Source: an uncultured bacterium (GTDB taxonomy: Bacteria; Krumholzibacteriota; Krumholzibacteriia; LZORAL124-64-63). Taken from it: a stretch of 64,000 nt of DNA. This document shows, piece by piece, positions 40,452 through 48,184 of the stretch. A program made the position numbers and the translations under genes. Location: assembly GCA_963727525.1 (NCBI GenBank), contig CAVSGO010000007.1, forward strand, positions 864,001 through 928,000, read 5' to 3'. Every line of letters starts with the position of its first letter. The first letter of the stretch is position 1. Under the pieces are notes generated by a model. It made no database searches and had not been told where the DNA came from. It worked only from the letters and a program-made list of their open reading frames with translations.

Positions 40452-41144
40452 CTAGCGGAACAGCGCCTTCACATCGCCCCAGGCCGACGGTTCGACCGAG
40501 ATCGACGGATCGAAGTTGACGTGCCCGACGGTCTCGAGATCGTAACCCTCGGGGATCTGCGCGTTGGTCGCGTCCACGGTGCCCGCGAAGGTGTAACCGT
40601 CACTCGGCACCTCGATGAGATCCGCACCACCGGTCCACGTGACCGTGCCCTCGAAGTTCCCGGTGTGGGTCGCGGGGTTGAACGTCATCGAGAAGCTCGT
40701 GAACTCGCCGCTGAGCACCACGGTGCCATCCATGAAGGTGGACTGCATGGTCGCGTTCGGCGGATCGATTCCGTAGTCGGCCGCCGTGAAGCCGCCGTCG
40801 GCGAACAGGTCGCTGGCGAATGCCAGCGTGCCGCCGGTGTACGAGATCTGCAGGATCCCGCCGCCGATATCGATCTGACCCGTCGACACGAGATCACTCA
40901 TGAAGAAGGTGAACTCGTTGTCGTCGAGCGTCCACGGCAGGGCAGGATTGATGTTCTGGATGAAGCCGCCGCCAGCGAGCACATCGCCCACATCGCTGGG
41001 CGGGAAGCCGATGGCGCCCGGTGTGTTGTCGGACTCGTAGAGCAGTCCGGTGAAATCGAGCATCGTGTCGGGCTGCGCGAAGGCCGCACCCGCCGCCATC
41101 ACGAGAACCAGTACGATCCCGGACATCGTGAGCAGATTCTTCAT
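40452..41144 (-). CDS. Secreted hypothetical protein ending AWGDVKALFR (paralogue A)
   Basis: Sec signal peptide ending AFA, acidic mature region, SD GAGGGAG; shares motifs with paralogue B. Confidence 0.85.
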   Translation of the reverse strand: MKNLLTMSGIVLVLVMAAGAAFAQPDTMLDFTGLLYESDNTPGAIGFPPSDVGDVLAGGGFIQNINPALPWTLDDNEFTFFMSDLVSTGQIDIGGGILQISYTGGTLAFASDLFADGGFTAADYGIDPPNATMQSTFMDGTVVLSGEFTSFSMTFNPATHTGNFEGTVTWTGGADLIEVPSDGYTFAGTVDATNAQIPEGYDLETVGHVNFDPSISVEPSAWGDVKALFR

Positions 41145-41271
41145 CACTCCCTCCCTCACTGAATCAGCATGGTGACAGGAAAATCGCAGTAGCGCTTGCG
41201 AATCGAGATAGAGCTCAATGGTGGCAGACCTCCTTGCTTGACCGTCAAGGACTTCTCCCCTCAGCGGCCGC

Positions 41272-41300
41272 AGTGTAGCATCAACAGGATGAATTTTCCA
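41272..41300 (-). promoter_or_regulatory. Possible extended -10 promoter for the secreted-protein pair
   Basis: Minus strand TGGAAA-17 nt-TACACT with a TGn extension. Confidence 0.4.
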
Positions 41301-41410
41301 CCGATTATGCGGCCGAGATGAGGAAATATTCGTTAATCCGCGGCATCCGACGCCGGACCTGGACACCAAATCAAAAATAATTTTGCGTATTCGCTGAAAT
41401 CTGGACGGTC

Positions 41411-41487
41411 TGGTCGGGGCGACTGGATTCGAACCAGCGACCCCTTGCCCCCCATGCAAGTGCGCTACCGGACTGCGCCACGCCCCG
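41411..41487 (-). tRNA. tRNA-Pro(GGG)
   Basis: Minus strand CGGGGCG...CTTGC-ATGGGGG-GCAAG...CGCCCCG-ACCA; follows the merR-family gene. Confidence 0.94.
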
Positions 41488-41577
41488 ACCAAGACGATGC
41501 CGGCGGGACCGCCGGCAGAGGGATTCGTTTGCGACGAGCAAAGATAACCGCGTCGTCCGGCGTCCACAAGGCCAATC

Positions 41578-41994
41578 TCAGGCCTTCGCGCGCTGAGAGG
41601 TCGCTCGTTCGTTCTCGGGCGGGCCCAGTTCGCGCACGAGGTCGCGGACCTCGGCGAGTTCCTTGCGAACGAATGCGAGCTGCTCGTGGATCTCCATCTC
41701 GTTGAACGCCATCGAGAGCTGCTTCGGAGCCGCCGTATCCGCTGTCTGCCGGCGTTGCTGCTGCAGGTGCTTCCGGGCACCGGCGATCTTGAAGCCCTGT
41801 TCGTACAGCAGGCGCGCGATGGTCTGGATCTGGTCGATGTCGGGCTGGCGATAGCGCCGGCTGCCGGCGCGGCCCTTGCGCGGCCGCAGGGAGGGGAACT
41901 CGGTCTCCCAGTAGCGCAGCACGTGCGGCTTGATCCCCGTCAGCTCGCTGACTTCGCTGATCGTGTAGTAGAGCTTGCTGGGCAACTCGGCCAC
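41578..41994 (-). CDS. MerR-family transcriptional regulator
   Basis: [36 protein letters not shown]. Confidence 0.93.
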   Translation of the reverse strand: MAELPSKLYYTISEVSELTGIKPHVLRYWETEFPSLRPRKGRAGSRRYRQPDIDQIQTIARLLYEQGFKIAGARKHLQQQRRQTADTAAPKQLSMAFNEMEIHEQLAFVRKELAEVRDLVRELGPPENERATSQRAKA

Positions 41995-41995
41995 G

Positions 41996-43000
41996 TCACG
42001 CCTCCTCCTCGGAACGCGGCTGACGGCTCATGAGTTCACGGATGGCCCGCAACGGCGCCTTCCCCTCGAAGACCACCTCGTGAACCGCTTTGACGATAGG
42101 TAGTTCTATACCAAACTTCTCGCCCAGCTTCAAGGCTGCTTGTGTCATCGCCACGCCTTCCACCACCTGGACCGAATCGGACAGGACAGCCTTGGGTTCG
42201 CGGCGGCTGCGGGCCACCGCCTCGCCGAAGTTGCGGTTGCGGCTGTGCCGGCTGATGCTCGTGGTGATCATGTCGCCGATGCCGGCCAGACCGAAGCACG
42301 TTTCCGGGCGACCGCCGAGGGCGGCGGTGATGCGGGCCAGCTCGGCCATGCCGCGGGTCATGAGCGTGCCGCGGGTGTTGTCGCCCATGCCCAGGCCATC
42401 ACAGAGCCCGACCGCCACGGCGATGACGTTCTTGAACCCGCTGCTCGCCTCCACGCCGAGCATGTCGTCATTGGTGTAGACGCGAAAGAACGGGCCGTTG
42501 ATGGCCCCCTGCCAGACGGTCCAGTCATGGCCCGGATCGCCGGAGAGCACCACCGCGGTGGGCATCTCGGCAGCCACCTCCTCGGCGTGGCTCGGGCCGA
42601 GCAGCACGGCGATGGGATGGCCGGGCAACTCCTCGCGGATCACCTCGCTCAGGCGTTTCAATGTGCCCAGCTCGAATCCCTTGGCCAGGCAGATGATCGG
42701 GAGATCGGGCCGGCACGCGCTCGACACCGCCACCTTCGCCGCGACACCGCGGACCACCTGGCTGGGCACCGCGACGAACACGACCTCGGCACCGGCCAGC
42801 GCGATGTCGATGTCGAGGGTCGCGCCGAGATTCGGAGGCAAGAGCACGTTGCCGAGATAGTCGGGGTTGGTCGCCGTGCTGTTGATGACGGCCACCTGAG
42901 CCTCGCTCACGCCCCAGAGGGCCACCTCGTCCCACTTGTGCGCGAGGTGACGCCCGAAGGCGGTCCCCCAGCTCCCGGTGCCCAGGATGCAGGCCTTCAT
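41996..43000 (-). CDS. gpsA: NAD(P)H-dependent glycerol-3-phosphate dehydrogenase
   Basis: GTGSWGTA, GPSHAEEV, KNVIA, GLAGIGD, SRNRNFG, VEG. Confidence 0.97.
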   Translation of the reverse strand: MKACILGTGSWGTAFGRHLAHKWDEVALWGVSEAQVAVINSTATNPDYLGNVLLPPNLGATLDIDIALAGAEVVFVAVPSQVVRGVAAKVAVSSACRPDLPIICLAKGFELGTLKRLSEVIREELPGHPIAVLLGPSHAEEVAAEMPTAVVLSGDPGHDWTVWQGAINGPFFRVYTNDDMLGVEASSGFKNVIAVAVGLCDGLGMGDNTRGTLMTRGMAELARITAALGGRPETCFGLAGIGDMITTSISRHSRNRNFGEAVARSRREPKAVLSDSVQVVEGVAMTQAALKLGEKFGIELPIVKAVHEVVFEGKAPLRAIRELMSRQPRSEEEA

Positions 43001-43698
43001 GGCTTGGGCTCCTTCTCGTCATCGCCATCGCTAGCGACCGGATCTGGCGGCGAGCCGAGGGGTTTCTCCGTCCCGGATTTCAGGCGCCGGATGTTGGCGC
43101 GATGACGCCAGATCGCGAGCGCGCTGAGCACGAAGCCGAAGACCACGAGGGTCTTGGACAGGGGCCGCGGCGAGCGGTACTCGAAGAAGACCACCGCCCA
43201 GGGAAACACCGCCATCGCCGCGATGCTCCCGAGCGAGACGATGCGGCCGGCGAGGAACACCGCCAGGAAGATCCCGAATGCGATGAGCGAGGGAAACGGT
43301 TCGAGCACGAGGCACACGCCGAACGACGTGGCGATGCCCTTGCCGCCCTTGAAGCCCACGAACGGCGAGAAGCTGTGCCCGAGAATGGCGAAGAACCCGG
43401 CGATGATGCGATAGAGGTCGGGCGGAAAGTGCAGGGGATAGACGCGACCCACGGGCCACGATTGCACGACGATGGTCATGACCAGGACGGCGAGCACACC
43501 CTTGGCCAGGTCGAGCGCGAAGCAGAGGCCGGCCCAGCCGGCGCCCAGATTGCGGTACACGTTCGTCGCGCCCAGGTTGCCGCTGCCGCAGTGCCGCAGG
43601 TCGATGCCCTTGACGCGCAGGCCGATGATGAGGCTGAACGGGATTGCCCCGAGAAGGTAGGCTCCGACCAGGGTCAACATGAGCAAGACGGTGGGCAT
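42997..43698 (-). CDS. plsY: Glycerol-3-phosphate acyltransferase PlsY
   Basis: YLLGAIP, GSGNLGATN, GHSFSPF..FKGGKG, HRANIRRL. Confidence 0.97.
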   Translation of the reverse strand: MPTVLLMLTLVGAYLLGAIPFSLIIGLRVKGIDLRHCGSGNLGATNVYRNLGAGWAGLCFALDLAKGVLAVLVMTIVVQSWPVGRVYPLHFPPDLYRIIAGFFAILGHSFSPFVGFKGGKGIATSFGVCLVLEPFPSLIAFGIFLAVFLAGRIVSLGSIAAMAVFPWAVVFFEYRSPRPLSKTLVVFGFVLSALAIWRHRANIRRLKSGTEKPLGSPPDPVASDGDDEKEPKP

Positions 43699-43714
43699 CG
43701 CGACCTGCCTCGGG

Positions 43715-45025
43715 CTAGTGGCGCTTCAGCTTCACGAACAGCCGGTTGCCGGTAAAACCGTACTCCTCGCGCAGCCGGTTGTTGATGTACCTGATGTAAT
43801 TCCTGGCGAAGAACTTTGGATCATTCACGGAAAGCATGAACTTGGGCGGCGCCGTTTCCACCTGGCTACCGAAGTAGATCTTGCCCACGCCGCCGCCGCT
43901 CGCGCGCGGCGGCTGGATCGCCGTGATGCGGGCGATGAACTCGTTCAGCTCGTGCGTGGGCACGCGTTTCTGGCGTGCCTCGTGCACCTCCCACACCATC
44001 TCCAGGATGCGCCCCATGCGCTGTTTCGTGACGGCGCTCAGCGTGAACCACGGCGCATAGGTGAGGAACGGGATCTCGCGGCAGAAGGCGTCCCACACCT
44101 TGAGGTGGGTGTTCGTCTCCTTCTCGACGAGATCCCACTTGTTGAAGGCCACCACCACGCCCTTGCCCGAGTCGTGGATGAGTCCGGCAATCTTCGAGTC
44201 TTGCGTCACCACGCCCTGCGCGGCGTCGACCATGAACACGGCGATGTCACACTGCTCGAGGGCCTGCATGCTTCGCAGGTTGCTGAAGTACTCCACCGAC
44301 TCGGTCACCTTGCTCTTGCGCCGCAGGCCTGCGGTGTCGATGAGGCGGACCACGCGGCCATGCCAGCGCAGGTCGGTGTGGATGCTGTCACGGGTGGTGC
44401 CCGGGATGGTGCTGACCAGAGCTTCCTCACGCCCCACGAGGAGGTTCAGGAGACTCGACTTGCCGACGTTCGGCCGGCCGAGGATGGCCACCTTGACATC
44501 GCACGGTTCCTCGATCGTCTGCGCAGGGAAACCCGCGACCACGACGTCCATGAGGTCGCCCACGCCCTGGCCGTGCAGAGCGCTGATGGCCATGGGGTCG
44601 CCGAGGCCGAGGCGGTGGAATTCGTGCACGGCCATCACCGCCCCCTGCTTCTCCGTCTTGTTGACGGCCACCACCACCGGCTTGCCGCTCTGGCGCAGCT
44701 CGCGGGCGATATGTTCATCCCAGGTCATGGGGCCCACCTGGCCGTCGACCAGGAACACCACGACATCGGCCGCGGCGAATGCATCGCGCGCAATCTGCGT
44801 GACCTGCACGTCGAATTCGGAGGCCGCCTCGCCGAAGGGAATGATGCCGCCGGTGTCGACGAGGTAAAAGCCGTGCCCCGCCCAGTCCGTACTCTCGACG
44901 ATGCGATCGCGCGTGACGCCCGGCTGCTCGTGCACGACCGCGCGGCGCCGCTGGATGATGCGGTTGAACAGCGTGCTCTTGCCCACGTTGGGGCGACCGA
45001 CGATGACGACGGTACGCAGCGCCAA
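43715..45025 (-). CDS. der: Ribosome biogenesis GTPase Der (EngA)
   Basis: Two GRPNVGKS P-loops, DTGG/DTAG, NKWD, C-terminal KH-like domain. Confidence 0.98.
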   Translation of the reverse strand: MALRTVVIVGRPNVGKSTLFNRIIQRRRAVVHEQPGVTRDRIVESTDWAGHGFYLVDTGGIIPFGEAASEFDVQVTQIARDAFAAADVVVFLVDGQVGPMTWDEHIARELRQSGKPVVVAVNKTEKQGAVMAVHEFHRLGLGDPMAISALHGQGVGDLMDVVVAGFPAQTIEEPCDVKVAILGRPNVGKSSLLNLLVGREEALVSTIPGTTRDSIHTDLRWHGRVVRLIDTAGLRRKSKVTESVEYFSNLRSMQALEQCDIAVFMVDAAQGVVTQDSKIAGLIHDSGKGVVVAFNKWDLVEKETNTHLKVWDAFCREIPFLTYAPWFTLSAVTKQRMGRILEMVWEVHEARQKRVPTHELNEFIARITAIQPPRASGGGVGKIYFGSQVETAPPKFMLSVNDPKFFARNYIRYINNRLREEYGFTGNRLFVKLKRH

Positions 45026-45127
45026 GGACGCCGACCTCCTGCCGAGCCTGGCTCGTAACCGCCATGGCTCGAACGGATTAGAAGAGTGATCGAAAGCGCC
45101 GGCTCAGCTAAACGGCGCATCGCGAAG

Positions 45128-46447
45128 CTATGGCAAGCGACTCCAGAAGTCAACGAAACCCTCCTCGTCCGGCACGAGGACCGTGTGCGGCTGATCGGCC
45201 GCGATGTCGGCGAGGGTGAGATCGTCGAGCGTGAGACCGTCGCTGTTGAAGATGCGCGGCGAGAGGCACACCGTACGCACCGGCTCGGGCGCCAGCGCGA
45301 GGAGGGCGCGCCTCAGGTCGCCTCCCGTCATGAGCCCGGCCACGGTGACGGTGTGGCCGTAAAACTCGTTGGCGACGCCGACCACCTCCAGCGGCGGTGC
45401 CCCGGCGATTTGCAGCGCCGGCAGGTGCTCCCGGTGGAACGCCTTCGCGCCCAGCTCGCTGGTGAGGATGGTGAGCGGGCGGGTGGGTGCGCGCCCCTCC
45501 TCCTGGGCGACCGCGAGGTCGTCGAGCCAGATCTGCTTGAGACGCGGCGTGAGGCCGACGCCGTTGTCCTCCTGCGGGAACTCGACATAGTGCTCTGCCG
45601 CCGGGAAGGGCCGACCGGCCAGCAGATAGAACTCGTCGCTGAGGTACACGAAGTCGTGCCCCGCGATGGCACGCACCTCGGCCTGCAGAGCGGTGATCTG
45701 ATCGATCACCGCGCACGCGATATCGGGCGTCACCGGGTCGAGTTGCGCCAGACCCTCGCGGTGCGCGGACAGGCCCACGGGCACCACGGCGAGCGACCGC
45801 ACGCCACCCCCGCCGTCGGCCGGCGCTTGCAGCGCGAGCAGGTCGCGTACACTCTGTTCGAGATACGGGCCGTCGTTCCAGCCGGGGCAGAGCACGATCT
45901 GCGTGTGCAACTCGATCCCATTCTCCCCCAGCGACCGCAGCACCGTGCACACATCGTACTGCCGCTTGATCCCGAGCATGCGCGTGCGCACCTCGGTGTT
46001 GGTGCAGTGCACGCTCACGAAGAGCGGCGACATCTTCTGCTCCACGACCCGCTTGAGCCCCTGCTTCCCGAGCGACGTGAGCGTGATGTAGTTGCCGTAG
46101 AGAAAGCTGAAGCGGTAATCCTCGTCCTTCACGTAGACGCGTTCGCGCATCCCCTTGGGGTTCTGATCGATGAAGCAGAACACGCAACTGCACGCGCACC
46201 GCTTGAAGTCCATAGGCGCGAAGGTCCCCGTCAACGCATCGAGAGCCTCGGGCGGCAGACTCGCCGCCAGCTCGGACCCATCGGCCCGCCGCACAGTGAC
46301 GTGCATCGCCTCACCATCGGGCTGGTAGTAGTAGAGGTCGAGCACATCCTCCACCGGCTGCCCGTCGAGGTGCGTGAGGGTATCGCCCGGCTGCCAGGCC
46401 AGGCCGCGGTCGAAAGGAGCCGCGAGAGGTTTCGTGAGCTCGATCAT
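45128..46447 (-). CDS. DUF512 radical SAM protein
   Basis: CACSCVFCFIDQNP, KDEDYRFSFLYGNYITL, QIVLCPGWNDG, VPVGL, DEFYL. Confidence 0.92.
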   Translation of the reverse strand: MIELTKPLAAPFDRGLAWQPGDTLTHLDGQPVEDVLDLYYYQPDGEAMHVTVRRADGSELAASLPPEALDALTGTFAPMDFKRCACSCVFCFIDQNPKGMRERVYVKDEDYRFSFLYGNYITLTSLGKQGLKRVVEQKMSPLFVSVHCTNTEVRTRMLGIKRQYDVCTVLRSLGENGIELHTQIVLCPGWNDGPYLEQSVRDLLALQAPADGGGGVRSLAVVPVGLSAHREGLAQLDPVTPDIACAVIDQITALQAEVRAIAGHDFVYLSDEFYLLAGRPFPAAEHYVEFPQEDNGVGLTPRLKQIWLDDLAVAQEEGRAPTRPLTILTSELGAKAFHREHLPALQIAGAPPLEVVGVANEFYGHTVTVAGLMTGGDLRRALLALAPEPVRTVCLSPRIFNSDGLTLDDLTLADIAADQPHTVLVPDEEGFVDFWSRLP

Positions 46448-46740
46448 GGGGCCAAGGTCGTGTGAGAGCGCGGTTTCGGCAAGGGTGGGGATCCCGGGAC
46501 GCGTCGTCCGATATCGATACAGGATCTTCACCCGGTGCCAGACCACGGACACGGCGTTGCCACCGCCGGATGAGATGCCTTGACTCTTTCCCGCGACCCG
46601 GTAGAGTTGTCCCGGGGAATCAAACATCATCCGATTGACGAAGCGCCACTCCTCGGGATCGCGAGCGAACGATCTCGCCCGACGCAATGGGAAACGTATC
46701 GCCGTACCGGCCCATCACGGAGGACATCGAGGTGGATTCA

Positions 46741-47037
46741 ATGTTGACCGTCGAGGAAGCCGCGCGCCGCGCCTACGGAATCGGCGCTGGCTATAGACTG
46801 AAGACAGCCGTCGCGTCAGCCTTCGACACCGCATGGGACGCAGAAATCCGCTTCATCTCGCACTGGAAAGAGATCCTGAAGCAAGGCGCCCGCCAAGGAA
46901 TCGCCACAACCCTATCCCAACAGGACAACGGCCCCCTCACCCTCCCCCAGGCCCACTTCGCCTTCATGGCCGGCGCCACCAACCAGGACCTCGACAAGAC
47001 CCTCGCAAACATTGGCGGCCAATCAGCCGGCGCGTAA
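46741..47037 (+). CDS. Small hypothetical protein (alternative start 46687)
   Basis: ORF with SD GAGGTGG; upstream TTGACT-16-TAGAGT; C/A-rich composition; no recognised motif. Confidence 0.5.
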   Translation: MLTVEEAARRAYGIGAGYRLKTAVASAFDTAWDAEIRFISHWKEILKQGARQGIATTLSQQDNGPLTLPQAHFAFMAGATNQDLDKTLANIGGQSAGA

Positions 47038-47115
47038 GCCCGACGGTCGCGGCGTGACGCCCAACCTCATTGCGCTATCCATCACCGATCCATGGATGGA
47101 CGAGACGAAGGGAAC

Positions 47116-47191
47116 TGGAGCGGGCAACGAGGCTCGAACTCGCGACCCTCAGCTTGGGAAGCTGATGCTCTACCAACTGAGCTATGCCCGC
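47116..47191 (-). tRNA. tRNA-Gly(CCC)
   Basis: Minus strand GCGGGCA...TCAGC-TTCCCAA-GCTGA...TGCCCGC-TCCA; promoter TTGACA-17-TAGATT at 47241-47213. Confidence 0.96.
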
Positions 47192-47215
47192 TCCGGATGG
47201 GCTGAGAGGCAGAAT

Positions 47216-48184
47216 CTATCCCGCGCTTGTCGGGCTGTCAAGGTTGGCCAGGGCGGTGTGGACTGCGTCTCGCAATGCGTTATGGACTTCGGGGCTTTCT
47301 GGTGGGCCCTCGGCAATGCGGGCGGTTTTGCGGAACCAGGTACGCTGGCGTTTGGCGTACTGGCGGGTTTCGAGGACGATGGCGGCGGTGGCATCATCGA
47401 GGGCCGACTCCCCTTGCAAATGCTTCACGAGCTGGCGGTAGCCTAGGCTGGCGAGGCCGGGACAGTCGGCGGCGTGCGCGGTCAGCAAGGATCTCGTCTC
47501 GTCCAGCCAGCCGGAGGCGAGCATGCGGTTGGTGCGGGTGGTGATGCGGGTGGCGAGGTCGGGCATGGGGTGGTCGAGGACGATGGTGGGGTAGGTGAGG
47601 CCCAGCATCGGGTGGGGCATCTGGGCGGCGGTGATCTCGCTCATCGGGCGGCCGGATAGGCGTGTGATCTCGAGGGCGCGCTGGCGGCGGTAGCGGTCGT
47701 TCGGGTGCAGGCGGGCGTGCGACGCGCGGTCCTCCGCGGCGAGGGCGGCGCGGAGCTGAGCGTCGGTCAAACGTGCCAGCTCGGTACGGATCTGCGGGAG
47801 CTTCTCTTCACTGCCCGCGGGGAGTTCGAGCAATCCCTCCGTCAGGGCTTTCAGATACATTCCCGCGCCGCCCACCAGGACGGGCAGCTTGCCTCTCGCG
47901 ACGATCTCCGGCCACGCTCTTGCGAAATCCACGCAGAATCGCTGGGCGGAGTAGGTCTCCTCCGGCGCGACGTAGTCGACGAGGTGGTGCCGACATGCCG
48001 ACATTTCCGCGGCCGTCGGTTGCGCCGTGCCGATGCGCAGGCCGTGATAGATCTGACGGCTGTCGAGCGAGATGACCTCGATCGGGAACTCGGCGACGAG
48101 GGACAGGATGAGCTGTGTCTTGCCGACGGCGGTGGGACCGACCAGGACGGGGCAGATTCCGGCTCGAGATCTAGGTGCGGCCAA
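47216..48184 (-). CDS. miaA: tRNA dimethylallyltransferase
   Basis: GPTAVGKT, DSRQIY..IGTAQP, LGYRQ, TRQYAKRQRTWFR; mutL-miaA synteny. Confidence 0.97.
   Translation of the reverse strand: MAAPRSRAGICPVLVGPTAVGKTQLILSLVAEFPIEVISLDSRQIYHGLRIGTAQPTAAEMSACRHHLVDYVAPEETYSAQRFCVDFARAWPEIVARGKLPVLVGGAGMYLKALTEGLLELPAGSEEKLPQIRTELARLTDAQLRAALAAEDRASHARLHPNDRYRRQRALEITRLSGRPMSEITAAQMPHPMLGLTYPTIVLDHPMPDLATRITTRTNRMLASGWLDETRSLLTAHAADCPGLASLGYRQLVKHLQGESALDDATAAIVLETRQYAKRQRTWFRKTARIAEGPPESPEVHNALRDAVHTALANLDSPTSAG

Noticed and set aside
41222-41238. Sigma-54-like TGGCAG...TTGC
   Set aside because: GG-to-GC spacing is one base too long, and it is on the strand opposite the downstream genes.
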